Source: Rozella allomycis CSF55
Taxonomy: Eukaryota
Assembly: GCA_000442015.1 (NCBI GenBank)
Contig: KE560993.1
Span: 1-58,164, forward strand
DNA length: 58,164 nt
Reading direction: 5' to 3'
The translations under genes and the position numbers were made by a program. This document shows, piece after piece, positions 9,549 to 21,507 of the stretch (within the stretch, counting starts at the first letter, position 1; each line of letters begins with the position of its first letter). The notes beneath the pieces were generated by a model that did not search any database, had not been told where the DNA came from, and worked only from the letters and a program-made list of their open reading frames with translations.

Positions 9549-12500
9549 ATGCAGGCACTACAAATCCTCCAATCGGATTTGCTAGCCCTATCAAATGAAT
9601 CTCGGAAAAAGAACATTGAAATAAAACAGGTACTTTAAATCTGCATGCTGAACTAGGCGATAGAAAAGCTGCTGGTGCACCTGAAATCGGACGATCCGCA
9701 ATCAGGTAACAAACGCAGTCTATCTAAACAGACCTGTACGATGGATTTTTCAAGTGTTTGGAGAGCAAGAACGGCAAGCTTGTGTCTATTGCGATAACGT
9801 GCCTGTACAAGATATTTTCGAATGACCTATTTCCGCGGATTTTGGTAGGCTTGTGTTGTTGGTTGGAGGTAGGTTGATTTTGAGCGGTTGTTTGAGCTGC
9901 TTGAGATGAATTTGGGTGGGACTAGTGGGGAGGTTCAGTTGAAGGTTTTGCAGATCTTGTCGTCGATTGTAGCGGCGTGTGAGATTACGAGTGAGGAGAT
10001 GTTTGATTCTATGAGGCTTGTGATGGTGCTGCATGAGCAGAAGAATGCTGTGGTGAGCAATACGGCCAAGGCGTCGTTGAACCAGATGGTTATATCGTCG
10101 TTTATGCGGTATAAGAAGGATGGGGTTAATCGGGAGTTTGTGTTGATGTTTTACCAGGTAGAGATATGATTATGGGGTGAAAGGATTTGTGTGGGATGCA
10201 GGGGGATAAGGAGGCCAAGTATTTGAAGAATGTGAATATACCGAAAGAGCTGGGGTATGAGTTGATAGAGTCGATATTTTTGAATTTTAATGAATTGTTT
10301 GAGCAGGTAGAAATGTTTGTGGATGATGATAGAATGAGGAGATGGTTGAGTGTACGAGGAGCAAGTTGTGCCCATTGTTGGTTAAGGGGTTGAATGATAA
10401 GCAAGAATTTGGGATATTTTTGAGGATTATTAGATTGATAAAATTGTTTATTTTGTATTTTTCGAAACTGTTGGAGACTGAGAGTGAAATGTTTTTGAAT
10501 TTGTTGTTAAAAGCGAGTGGGAATGCAACGCAGCCGATGATGCAAATTTTAGCGATTGAAGCTTTGAGGGATATTTTCAAGTCTGTTTCATTGTAAGAAG
10601 GAGGAGAATAAATAATTGTAGAATGTTGTTCAAGTTGTTTGATTCAAAGAAAGAAAAGGTGCAAGTGTATTCGATATTTATGAAGAATGTGATAAAGAGT
10701 GAGAATGAGAGTGTTACATTGACATTTGAGAATAGATCTATTAATTTGTAAATAGATTTGGAATGGTTTATTCTAGTATAGATTTACTTGACAAGACAGA
10801 AGAGCCGATTGTGGGAGAAAAGGAGATAATATTTGCTTCTATTCAAGCAGTGATGGGGTTTGTTGATGTATATTATCAAGAAATAAAAACAGAGGAGGAA
10901 ATGAAGAGGGATGAATTGATAAAGATTTGTGGATTTAAATTGAAAAATAAAAGAGAAGAAATTTTGGAATTTTCAGAAAAGAAGAAATTAATTTCCAAAG
11001 TGGCTGAAGATTTAATTTTATTTTTAGAAAAGATTTGTAAAAATGAAATGGAATTGGGATTGTATAAAGATTTATTAGATTGTATTTATAAATTATTTTG
11101 TTTATTGATTTTCTATAAAGAAGAAGAATTTGGCATGAAAATATTAAACTTTTTGATTCCAACGATTGTAATACCTAATGAAGAATATAAAGTATTGGAT
11201 TGTTTGAGTTTGAAAAGTTTGTTGAATGTTAGATTGATTGTTTATATTGGATATACCCTTGCAGATAGATTAGAGGATGAGTTTGAAGTAATTTTTAGAG
11301 TTTTGTTTAAGATTGAAATATTATTTAATTCTAAAAATTGTAGAAAACAAACAAATGAAATTTTGAATGAAAATAGTTTTATTGAAGAAATTTCAAATCT
11401 AATTTTAGAATCATTTTCTGTAAATTTCGTTAAAATATTTTCAATTTTTACAAATTTTATTAAAAATGTTTTATTTTCAGAGAATGAATTTTCAGTTGTA
11501 AGAAATAATCAAAAGCGAGAAAATGTGACATTGTTGGAATGGTTGAAGATAATTTCATTAAAATTTTCATTTAAATTTTTGGATGTTAAATATGAACAAT
11601 CATGGAAAGATTTAATAAATTTGTTGAGAGAATTAGTTGAACATTTTGATTTGAATGTGAGAGAACAAAGTTATTTAATATTTCATGAATTGATATTTGA
11701 TATTATTGAGCAGATTAATATAGAAGGTGAGACTGTAGCACAAGAGAGTATTTTGATTGCAATGGATAAATTTAGTGATGTTGAATTGTTTGATGTTAGT
11801 AGACTAGTTGTTGATTCTTATAATAAACTACTTCAAACGTCTGGTCAATTTCTGTCTGTTGGATGGGATTATGTTTTATCTATTCTCTACAAACTATCTG
11901 ATGGTTCAAAAAGAGTTGTTAAATCTAATAAACAAAGTATAATAAAAACATCATTCCCCTGTCTTCAATTGATATGTACAGATTACTTGTCAAATCTGAG
12001 TAATGAAAGTCTTTCTAAATGTATTGAAATAATAGAAAGATTTTGTTCTAGTAATGATGATTTGAATATTAGTTTAACTTCAATTGGTTTACTTTGGAAT
12101 GTTTCTGATTGTTTAAAAGAAAAACCTTCAACTGAAATTTGGAAGAAATTAATTTTAAAAGTTTCAAATCTTTGTTTAGATTTAAGACCAGAAGTCAGAA
12201 ACAGCGCAATTCAAACTCTTTTAAGATCAATTTCATTTTCTTCTTCTCTTTTAACATCTGAATTATGGAATTTTGTTTTTCAAGATATTTTGATTTCAAC
12301 TTTAAATAAAATTCTAGTTTTAAAAAATGAAAATCCAATTCAAGATGAAAATTCAGAAATTAAATTTCATCATTCTAGATCTACTTTTGAAAAACAATTA
12401 GATGAAACAAAAAGTATTTTTCTACAGGGGTTGGGTAAATCTATTTCTGAAAATTTAATTCATTTAAATGATAAACAATTTGATTCTTTTTGGATTTCTT

Positions 12501-14064
12501 TTTTTAATATTTGGAAACATTGTTGCAAATCTGAAAATTCAGAAGTTGCCATTGCTTCATTTAAATCTGTTAAATTTATTATTTCAGTTAAAGAAAATTA
12601 TGATTTCATGCAGCCTCATTGGATTTCTTTTTATGAATGTTGGTTGGACATTTTATCGCACATTGCTAATACCCCCACCTACTCTCAAGATGTTGCTCTA
12701 CACGCTACAAGTCTTCTAGCTGACATTGCAAACAAATCTTCATCTTTTACATCAAATCAACTCGAATCTATTTTCAATCTAATCTACAAAATTCTATTGT
12801 TTCCTTTCGCTAATGAAATGGTCCTGGATGTAGAAATTCTATCTCCTCTCCAATCAACCCTAGTAGATCAATTGGAGAAATTAGAATCAAAATTCACTAC
12901 AATCATCACATCTTTTTATGTAAAATTGGGAGAATTAACATTTCTAAATTTAAACAAGGAACGTGGGAAATCTTCATTCATTTCTCTTTCTAGAAGAATG
13001 TTTACTAAATGTTTAACCCTGGTTTCTGAAAAATCAGATATCATTCATGATCAAATTCCATCAATTGTTCAGGTAATTTATTTCACTNTTTAATATTCTT
13101 TTTTAAAAGATGTATGAAATTGCTATCAAGTTGCATCATCAGTGTCCTACTGGGGCTGGGAAGACTCCTTTTTGGAAACATGCCATTGAATGCATTCAAA
13201 GCATTTTCAAGTCTTTATCAAATCCAAATGACAAAGGTTTATCTAATGAGAAAGTTTCATCTAATGATAAAGGGTTACCAAATGCAAATGACAACTTTGC
13301 TTGGCTGGCCATTGGAAAATGCATCAAATCAATCTATGAATCTCAATCTTCATTCAAAGAAAATACCTCCATCGACGACATTGAAAAAGACGAAGATTTC
13401 CTAGTTGATTTCACTGCAAATGTCATCAACACTATTCTTTCAATCAACCTACCAAAAGACTCTTTAGAACTAATAATCCAAGGCATTTACAAGGGTTCTC
13501 TCTTGTACAATGATCTATTCGTCATCAATCCAGCCTCCAATCAGCTAATCGGTCCAAAGCAGCCAGACTCTGTCTTGCCATGCGCCTGTCTGCGTGAAAA
13601 ATTAGCGTCTGTTTGTCTAGCAAATCTATTCACTCTCTGCTGCACCAAAACCTCTTTAACAAACCAAATCACCATCCCATTCCTCTTAAAACGATCAGAA
13701 TTCGTCTTAAAGTCCTTCATTGAACGGAAATCAGTTCTCAACCGGCATCCATTCGAAAGGTTTCCAAATAATTTCTTTTTTAGTAGGATCAGTCATGACG
13801 AGTTTTTATTTATTTTGAATGGACTGGCCAGGCTGGATTTGGAAGTGGGAATCATGCAGCCTGTGTCGCAAGGTAAGGTTGGTGGTTGATATTGATTTAG
13901 ATCCGGTGAAATTGAAGTTGCTGTCTGGAAGCAAGGCACATTTGTTTTATTTATACCCGCTGCTGTGCCAGTGTCTGAGATGCGATGATCATGCTATTAC
14001 CGAGGCGGTGCAAAAGTGTCTCGTTTTGTTGGGAAATGAAATGGGATTGGAAGATGCCATTTAG
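9549..14064 (+). CDS. MON2: Mon2 (Arf-GEF-like endosome/Golgi trafficking protein)
   Basis: LQSDLLALSNESRKK start, EVQLKVLQ, SFPCLQLICTDYL, LNISLTSIGLLWNVSD, RPEVRNSAIQTL, HHSRSTFEKQ, HLFYLYP. Confidence 0.93.
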
Positions 14065-14216
14065 AGATTTAAAGATTTATATCAAACTAAATAAATAAAT
14101 TATTTTGCTTTTATTTTTTAATTTTACTAGTTAATCAGCGGAGGTTCTTTGCAGTTTTCTACTCTTTTTGTTTTCTACTCTTCTTGTTTTTAAAGAGCGA
14201 AAATTCCTAGTTTGAA

Positions 14217-16366
14217 ATGGACGAAATTCCTGTCAAGGCAGTGCCCACTATTGACTTGTCAATCCAAGAGCCTGCTCTTTCCAGTCCCCTATCTTCAAAA
14301 ATATCCAGACTGGACGTGTCGAAAGATTCGCCAGCCGCTGTATTGTCCGCTGGAATGGCGCAAATCGATGTCAAAGCAAAGAAACTAGTATACTCTGAAA
14401 AGAAACTAAAACTGGATATTCTGCCGTTTACTATTGCACGTAATATTTCACAAAATTTGTGTTTAGAATTGTGCTCGTTTCATTCGTGGTTGCAGGAACA
14501 CTTGGCACGGGATGGAGGAAGTGCTTTTTCGGGGTTTAGTGGGGAGCATGAAGCGCTGCTGATTTGCTTGTTTCAGGAAAGGTATGTTGTTGGTTTTGAT
14601 GTGAAAGTGAATTGGAGATGACAAAGTTGTGTTTGAAGATTTATGATAGTTTGTTTCCTAATACGCCTGAAGAAAGTAATCATGTTTGTGGGTTTAGAGT
14701 ACTAGAAAAGATGGAATATGTGTCGGTTATTCAGAAAACTATAAAGAGTCTCGGTGAAAGGGTTAATTATGGAGTACAGGAAAGTGGTTTTCCGCCGGTA
14801 TGACTTTATTTGTTCTTTAATGTAGTCGTTTAATATTTGGAGATGGGAAGCTAAAGGTTTAGATAAATTACCTCAGGATATGAGGGAAATGTTGATTGCT
14901 CGAAGGGAGTCTAGGAAGCAAGTAAGCTCTAATCTATGAATTGATAGACTCGTGAAGAAATATCAAGCTTGCTCGATAAATTGGATCCAGAAACTAAATC
15001 CTCTCTAAAAACATCAAAGTCATTGAAAAGAAAGCTGATTGACGATGAAGAAAAGCAAAGAGTATCATTTATACAATATTTCTTAATAGGTTTCTGAAGA
15101 AAAGAAGAAGCAAAAAGAAATGGAAAGAAAATTAGAAAAAGAAAAGAAAAAGTTGGAAAAGGAACAAGAGAAAATAGAAAAGAAGCAAAAAGAATTGGAG
15201 AAAAAGTTGGAAAAAGATAAAAAGCAAGGAAATATTTTAAATTTCTTTAAGAAAACTACCCCGCCTCCAAAAGAGTCTAAAGATGAGTCGATTGTTCTGG
15301 ATTCCTTTGATGAACTGTTTAGACCATTTCATTTAAAGCCTAACGCTGTTTTAGCACCGTGTAATCATTTTAAAACGATGGCCGCTCCACAGGGAGAAAT
15401 ACTTGATGATATAAAGTCTAGAGGACCTCTTTTAGCGCATAAAAGCTCAAACAGAGTTAAATTGACAAAAGTGAACGGTTTCACTGAACCATTTTACGTT
15501 GTTATGAAATTGCTAAAATTCGATGAGGATATTCGCCCTGCGTATTTTGGTAAATTCATAATTTTTTGTGGATAGGATCCTTTAGGAAAGAATTAAAAGG
15601 AGTTGGTTTTAGAAGGCCATTCGTTAAAGATACAAATGTCTTTGATTATGAAGTCGACAGTGGTGATGAATGGGAAGATGAAGGGGATGGCGAATCGTTG
15701 ACATCGTCTGAAGGAGAAGAACATGATCTTTCAGATGCTGAGGTAGATAGCGAGGCGGTAACTGTTAAATAGAGATTTCATTTAGGAAGACTGGTTGGTT
15801 CCAACAGGGTATCTATCAGAGGATGAAGGAATGGAGGGCAATGAAGCGGCTGAAACAAAGAAAATTACGAAAAAATTAGAAAAGTCTTCTAAAAAGGTAA
15901 ACAGGAATTTCACATCTGAATAGTTAAAACTTTCACAATTGGTTCCAACTGTCATTGGTCCGATATTGAAAACAGAAGACCAGAATGAAACTTTGAAATC
16001 TTTTCAAGCAATATTTTTGGATCAGCTGGAGCCTTTCGATCCTTTCGAGGTCCCTGTTGTAGAAGAGAAAGAGAATAAACCACCTGTTGATCCCTTCACA
16101 CCCGATTTATTAACCGTATTAGCCAAATTAGTAGATGACAATCCAACTTCGATTAACATATTAGTGGATGATTTCTTTACGCAGTAAATTCTAATACATA
16201 TCTTATAGTTAGAACTAAAGCATCAATTTCAAGGAAGAAATTGGAAAATAAGATTAATGAAATCGGGTTTAAAAAGAAACTTGACGGAGAAGTAAGCTGG
16301 TTTTTGTTTCAGTTATAGGCATTATGTTGGCACTTGAGAGAAGAATTCGAATGTTTGCTAGATTAA
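14217..16366 (+). CDS. RLF2: Chromatin assembly factor-1 large subunit (Cac1/Rlf2/CHAF1A), about 11 introns
   Basis: KER coiled coil, QGNILNFFKK PIP-like box, KLLKFDEDIRPAYFG, DYEVDSGDEWEDE, WLVPTGYLSEDE. Confidence 0.9.
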
Positions 16367-16464
16367 AATAATTATTAAAACAATTTTTATTACTTAAACT
16401 TTTTAAACAATTTCTTGCTCATTGTATACTCACAGTCTTAAACCCTTGCAATCAATTAATTGTT

Positions 16465-17061
16465 ATGTTGTTTCGAGCAAATTTGAATCGCTCCAAGGGC
16501 ATCTTGACTCAATCAATTTTTAGCAGAAATGTGTTTGTTAAACCCGAGAATCGCTTCCTTGAATTGGAAAAGATTATCGATGAGCATTTCTTCATGACTC
16601 CATCCCAAAAGCAATTGGATAGATTGTACGCTGATAAAATCATTCCTAAAACTATGTATGATGTATTGACTGAAGAACTAAATGAAAAACAGCATTATCG
16701 CCGTAAATCTTAACTTGAATTTTTCATAAAGGCAGTCAATTGAACTGGGAACGCTTTGCATACTACTTTTGCATTCCCATGGCATTTGTTGGTGGTCTTT
16801 CGGCTTATTACGAGATGAGTCACAGAATTGAACATAGCAAAGAACATTATCGCAACTATAAGCCTTACCATTTCTTGCGTAATCGCGTCAAGGTAAGACA
16901 TATGACTTTTTTGCCTGTAGCCATTTATGTTTGGTGATGGAGACACAACCTTGTTCTGCAACAAGGAATTTGAATACATTCCTGGCTATGTTCCAGAATG
17001 GTACCAAAAGGAGCTTGAAGCTGCTGAAAGAGGTGAAGCCCCAGAAAAGGAGCATCATTAA
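16465..17061 (+). CDS. COX13: Cytochrome c oxidase subunit 6A (Cox13) with an extended N-terminus
   Basis: Spliced frame WERFAYYFCIP-TM...YHFLRNRVK|PFMFGDGDTTLFCN matches the COX6A YxxLRxRxKPFPWGDGxxTLF motif. Confidence 0.85.
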
Positions 17062-17087
17062 TAAAATGAAGTTGATGCAATTTAAAT

Positions 17088-18216
17088 TTATTCAGTGTTT
17101 GATGGAAACAGACAATACTGATTTGACAATTGGAGGTCATTCTTTTCAACGTTGAGCGTGTAAACATACATGTATCCATCCATCGATGCCACATATAAAT
17201 GTGAAGAATCGCTAATTACTCGTTTTAAAATTTGTTACGGCGAAAACGCGCATATACTATACGCTTTCTTTGGGAGTTTGATGCTAACAAAATCTCTGAT
17301 CGGCTCCAAGGCGTCTACAACTACACTGGGAATATAGAGACCCAGATTTCTTTCTTCAAAGCGAATTTAGTTTACCTTTTTTCCATCTTGTATAGATGAA
17401 TAGTTGTCTCACTAGTCGCAGCCAAAATGTTCGATTGTTGATTGAATGTCAGATATTGTATGTTCGTTGGAACTGCCCCTCGTCTAAATTGAAATAGTTT
17501 TTCTCCGCCAGGTAAGGAAAATACTCTGATAATTGTTCCCTACATATAATTGATCATCTTATCACACCTTTTCACTGCTTGTGGCGACAAAAGTTCCATC
17601 GATATTGAAAGATATATTGCAAATTCTATTTTTATGGGCATTTATTACATTCATGGATACAAGGTTGCCGGCTTCATAGATAATAACATCACCACTTGTT
17701 GAGTTGCAAGGGAAGGCAAGAAAACACGGAGAATCACAAGGAGATAGTGAAATGATACCTTTTCTTCCAATTTTAACATCGAGGTTCTGAAGAAGGGTCA
17801 TGCTATTTAGATCGTAAATTTGTATGCTGTCATCAAATGATAAAACCAATCTTTTTCTATTAAGCTTGACGGATAATATTGCCCTTGGAAATTGAAGCTC
17901 ACAAATCACGGTTTTTCTCTATAATGAATATTAAGGTATCTTACTTTGGTGTTGTACAAGACAAGCTTTCTTGGACTTTGATTAATTGATTCGCCTGAAC
18001 CAACAAGGGCTAAAAGGCTGGAGCTAAAAAGCATTTCGACTATGCCGTAATGTCCTTCTTGTATAACAGTATCTACATTGTTGTACCGTGTTGACAAATT
18101 AAACAGAATGGAATTAAGGAATATACATAACATGAATGGTTCGCTGAAAAACAAAGGCAAGTGTAATCTTGATTAAATGTTAACCATTGGATTTGATTTT
18201 CGTCCACAATTCTCAT
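17088..18216 (-). CDS. ATG18: PROPPIN WD40 autophagy protein Atg18/WIPI
   Basis: [51 protein letters not shown] lipid-binding motif. Confidence 0.92.
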
Positions 18217-18323
18217 ATGCGCAGCCTCTGAAATTTCTTAAATATTAAAGCCAAGTTCACAGGTGTTTGGTGGTTGGAATGAAAACTTATAATATAACTG
18301 CATACCGTATATGTATCGTTTAT

Positions 18324-19727
18324 TTATGCTGAATTGAATAAATTATTGAAACTTGACTTTAATGCTCTTGGTAAAGTCATAGATGCTCGGACATTTTGAA
18401 TATCTTGTACAATTTTCTCTATTTTATTACATGGCTCTTCTTCTTGTAGTTTTTTGAGAATCTTAGCAGTATAATCTACAGCAAAGTAGTCACTACTTGC
18501 TTGAACAACTTTCAAAAAACCTGGTAGGCCAACAATAACTTGCCAGTATTTGTATTTTTTATTGTTGGGAATTATTTTAACAATCGCTACTATGTTTTTC
18601 AAAGATATCTTGTCTAATGAATATTTCATCAGTATTTCGAAGATCTTCTCATTATCTTGCATTGAAACAATCTTAACTGATTCTCGTAGGAATTTTAAAT
18701 ATGTAGACAATGATGAGTTGGAAAAAGGATCTTTTCTGGAAAGAAAATGGTCAACAATTTTTGGGCGCTCAAAATACACGGCAAGCTTAAGACTATCATA
18801 TTCAAGATCAAACAATCTTTCCGTCCAAAATAAACTTTGGCAGTACACTTTTGGAGAATCATTAAAGAATGCCACTATCGGTATGAGCTTTCGGACTACA
18901 AATTGTTTCATTGGCGCTTCTTCGCTTAATGCTGCCCAGTCTTCTTCAATGGCAGTTAAAATCTTAGTTAATAAAGTTTCAACAGTATAATTTTGATTCA
19001 AGTATGGATTATTCCTAACAAAAGCCAATATTTTCTTTGATTCTTCAGGATCACTTGTTAGCCTCAAAACGAGTGTAATAACCTCTAAATAGAAAGATGA
19101 ATCATGAATATATAATTCTCTATACTTTATGTACACTTTAACCGAGTCATGTTTTATAATTTCACCCAGAACCGCTAACGGCCATCGATTCTTTTCAACG
19201 ACCAATGAAAATATCATCCCCAAATCATTCTTAATAATAAAGGGCACATGATCAATATTTACGAAGGATTTGGCCATATTCAACAAAATTTTGAACTCGG
19301 ATTCTACGGAGTTGCCTGAATGCACTTTAACAATGTGTTTTTCGTTGAATTGTTTTAAAAAATTTGTATGTTCAAATATTTCATTGAAGCATTCTTGGTA
19401 GCTTATATATAATTTACATTGAGAAAGAAAGTAATGCAAAGTTGTATAATTGGGTTTTAATGAAGTTAAATACTCAATCCTAGCATTTTTGTATTGAAAT
19501 ATTGACAATTGTAAATCATTCTGCGCCAGTTTAGATGATTCTATTTTCTCGTAGTCCAGTGTCGATCCCATTTCTCCACTTACACTTACGCCCGAGCAAG
19601 TGGAATGACCTAGATCTTTGCTTTCGCAAAAATGAGAACCTTCGTTGTTGCCTCTGGGCTTCAAATTTGTTGCATAGACTTGATGAAGGAAAATATAGAG
19701 TGAAAGTAACAGTCGCGTCAGATCCAT
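18324..19727 (-). CDS. Intronless secreted protein with degenerate ankyrin-like helices, function unknown
   Basis: Long ORF; likely start MDLTRLLLSLYIFLHQVYA (signal peptide); LKLAVYFERPKIVDHFLS resembles an ankyrin repeat. Confidence 0.65.
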   Translation of the reverse strand: MDLTRLLLSLYIFLHQVYATNLKPRGNNEGSHFCESKDLGHSTCSGVSVSGEMGSTLDYEKIESSKLAQNDLQLSIFQYKNARIEYLTSLKPNYTTLHYFLSQCKLYISYQECFNEIFEHTNFLKQFNEKHIVKVHSGNSVESEFKILLNMAKSFVNIDHVPFIIKNDLGMIFSLVVEKNRWPLAVLGEIIKHDSVKVYIKYRELYIHDSSFYLEVITLVLRLTSDPEESKKILAFVRNNPYLNQNYTVETLLTKILTAIEEDWAALSEEAPMKQFVVRKLIPIVAFFNDSPKVYCQSLFWTERLFDLEYDSLKLAVYFERPKIVDHFLSRKDPFSNSSLSTYLKFLRESVKIVSMQDNEKIFEILMKYSLDKISLKNIVAIVKIIPNNKKYKYWQVIVGLPGFLKVVQASSDYFAVDYTAKILKKLQEEEPCNKIEKIVQDIQNVRASMTLPRALKSSFNNLFNSA

Positions 19728-20316
19728 GTGTGGCGCAGTTGAAATTGCAACGTGGTGGAAAAAAATCATGCAAAACTATTCTCATAGCAATTTTACTGCT
19801 GCGAAAATCATTATGGTATGTCAAAAATTTATAAATGGCGATAATTATAATTTATTGACATTGCCCTTTGTAGTCTGTGAATGCAAGTCTCCGCAGAATC
19901 ATTAATGTGTTATGTGATACTTAGTTTTAGTCTTAACTATTCTTTTCGACATTACGAACAATTGAATAAGGAAATTCCTCCTTAATTCCATACAGAATGG
20001 GAAAAGTAAACAAGCTACATAAATTAATTATCAACGACATCTTTCGTCATAATTTGCCAAAAAATATTCGTAACCATTAATTAGTTCCTTCAGTTGACCT
20101 ATTTGTAAGGCAGTTAAGACGAAATAGAAGTTATAGAACAGATTTCGCCATTTCTTTAGGTCCTCCTAAACATCATATTCGCAACAATGAACGTGGGAAT
20201 ATACAATAATAAAAGAAAGATAGGTAAGACGCTGCGTAATTCTTGGGCTCTCTAGTCCTTGACCAGGTAGGAATTAAAAAACAAATTTGTGATTTTTCTG
20301 GAACCTGGCCGGGAGA

Positions 20317-21484
20317 ATGGAGATCCATTTCGACACTCAAGATATCCCCCACCATCATTTTTTAAGGTATTTTTTGAAAGCCAAAAGAATTGTGGTAATA
20401 ACTGGCGCCGGGATATCTGTCTCTAGTGGAATACCTGTAAGCAATATTGGTGTATTTTTCTAGGATTTTAGATCATCAGGAGGTCTTTACGATGCGGCCA
20501 AAAGTACTAAGAAATCCCAAGGAAAATCTTTATTTGATGCCCAGGTATTTTTATGTGCGATTTTTAATAGGTTTTTAGAGATACTGAAAAGATGTCAGAA
20601 TTTTTTCAGTTTATGGCAAAACTAAAAAAGAAGTGTGATGAAGCAAAACCATCAAAGACACATAACTTCCTAAATTTGTTGGCTGAGAATAAAAAGATGA
20701 TAAGATTGTACACTCAAAATATAGATTGCTTAGAAGACCGCCTTAGTTTTGAAAATGTAAAGAAAGACATTGTTATAAAACTGCATGGGTCTTTAGACCA
20801 AGTTCGTTGCATGACATGTTCAAACACATTTGAAATTGAAGATTCTCATGTCGAAAGTTTTGAAGAAGGGTTTGCACCAGAATGTATTTCATGTGTTGAA
20901 TATCAAAAGAAAAGAATAGAAAGAGGAAGAAGAGCTCCGCCTGTAGGATTTTTGAGGCCCAACGTTGTCTTGTACAATGAAAACCATCCTTCTGGAGATA
21001 TAATAAGTTCAATGGTAGATAAAGACATAAAGTAATCATTAAAAGAGTCATTTTTAGACGAAAACCTGATTTGCTTATCGTGATGGGAACTTCTTTGAAG
21101 GTTCATGGATTAAGGCAACTTGTAAAGCAATTCGCTAAGACTGTGCATTCAATTGAAGAAGGAAGAGTATTTTTTATAAACAAGACGCCTTTGTCTTCTG
21201 AATGGATTGATATTTTTGATTTTCAGTTGCTTGGTTTATGCGATGTTGTTACCACCTATATTCAAACTGCCCTAGAAAAGCACTGGAAAATATCGAGAAA
21301 ATCAATTGTTCTCTCCCCTGTTTCTCAAAAAACAATTAAAGATTATTTCAAGACTGTCAAATCTACATCTTTGTCGAATTCACCAATCTCTGTGAGAATT
21401 GCAGAAAAGGAAAACATTATTGAAAACTCTAATTTTGATGATAAATTAAAAAGAGCAACTAGAAAAAAATCTCCAAATAAATAG
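20317..21484 (+). CDS. Sirtuin NAD-dependent deacetylase, Hst3/Hst4 class
   Basis: VITGAGISVSSGIP|DFRS, RLYTQNIDCLE, LHGSL, CxxC..CxxC, LRPNVVLYNE, VMGTSLKVHG. Confidence 0.9.
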
Positions 21485-21507
21485 ATGCTGTTAATCTTTC
21501 ATTTTAT

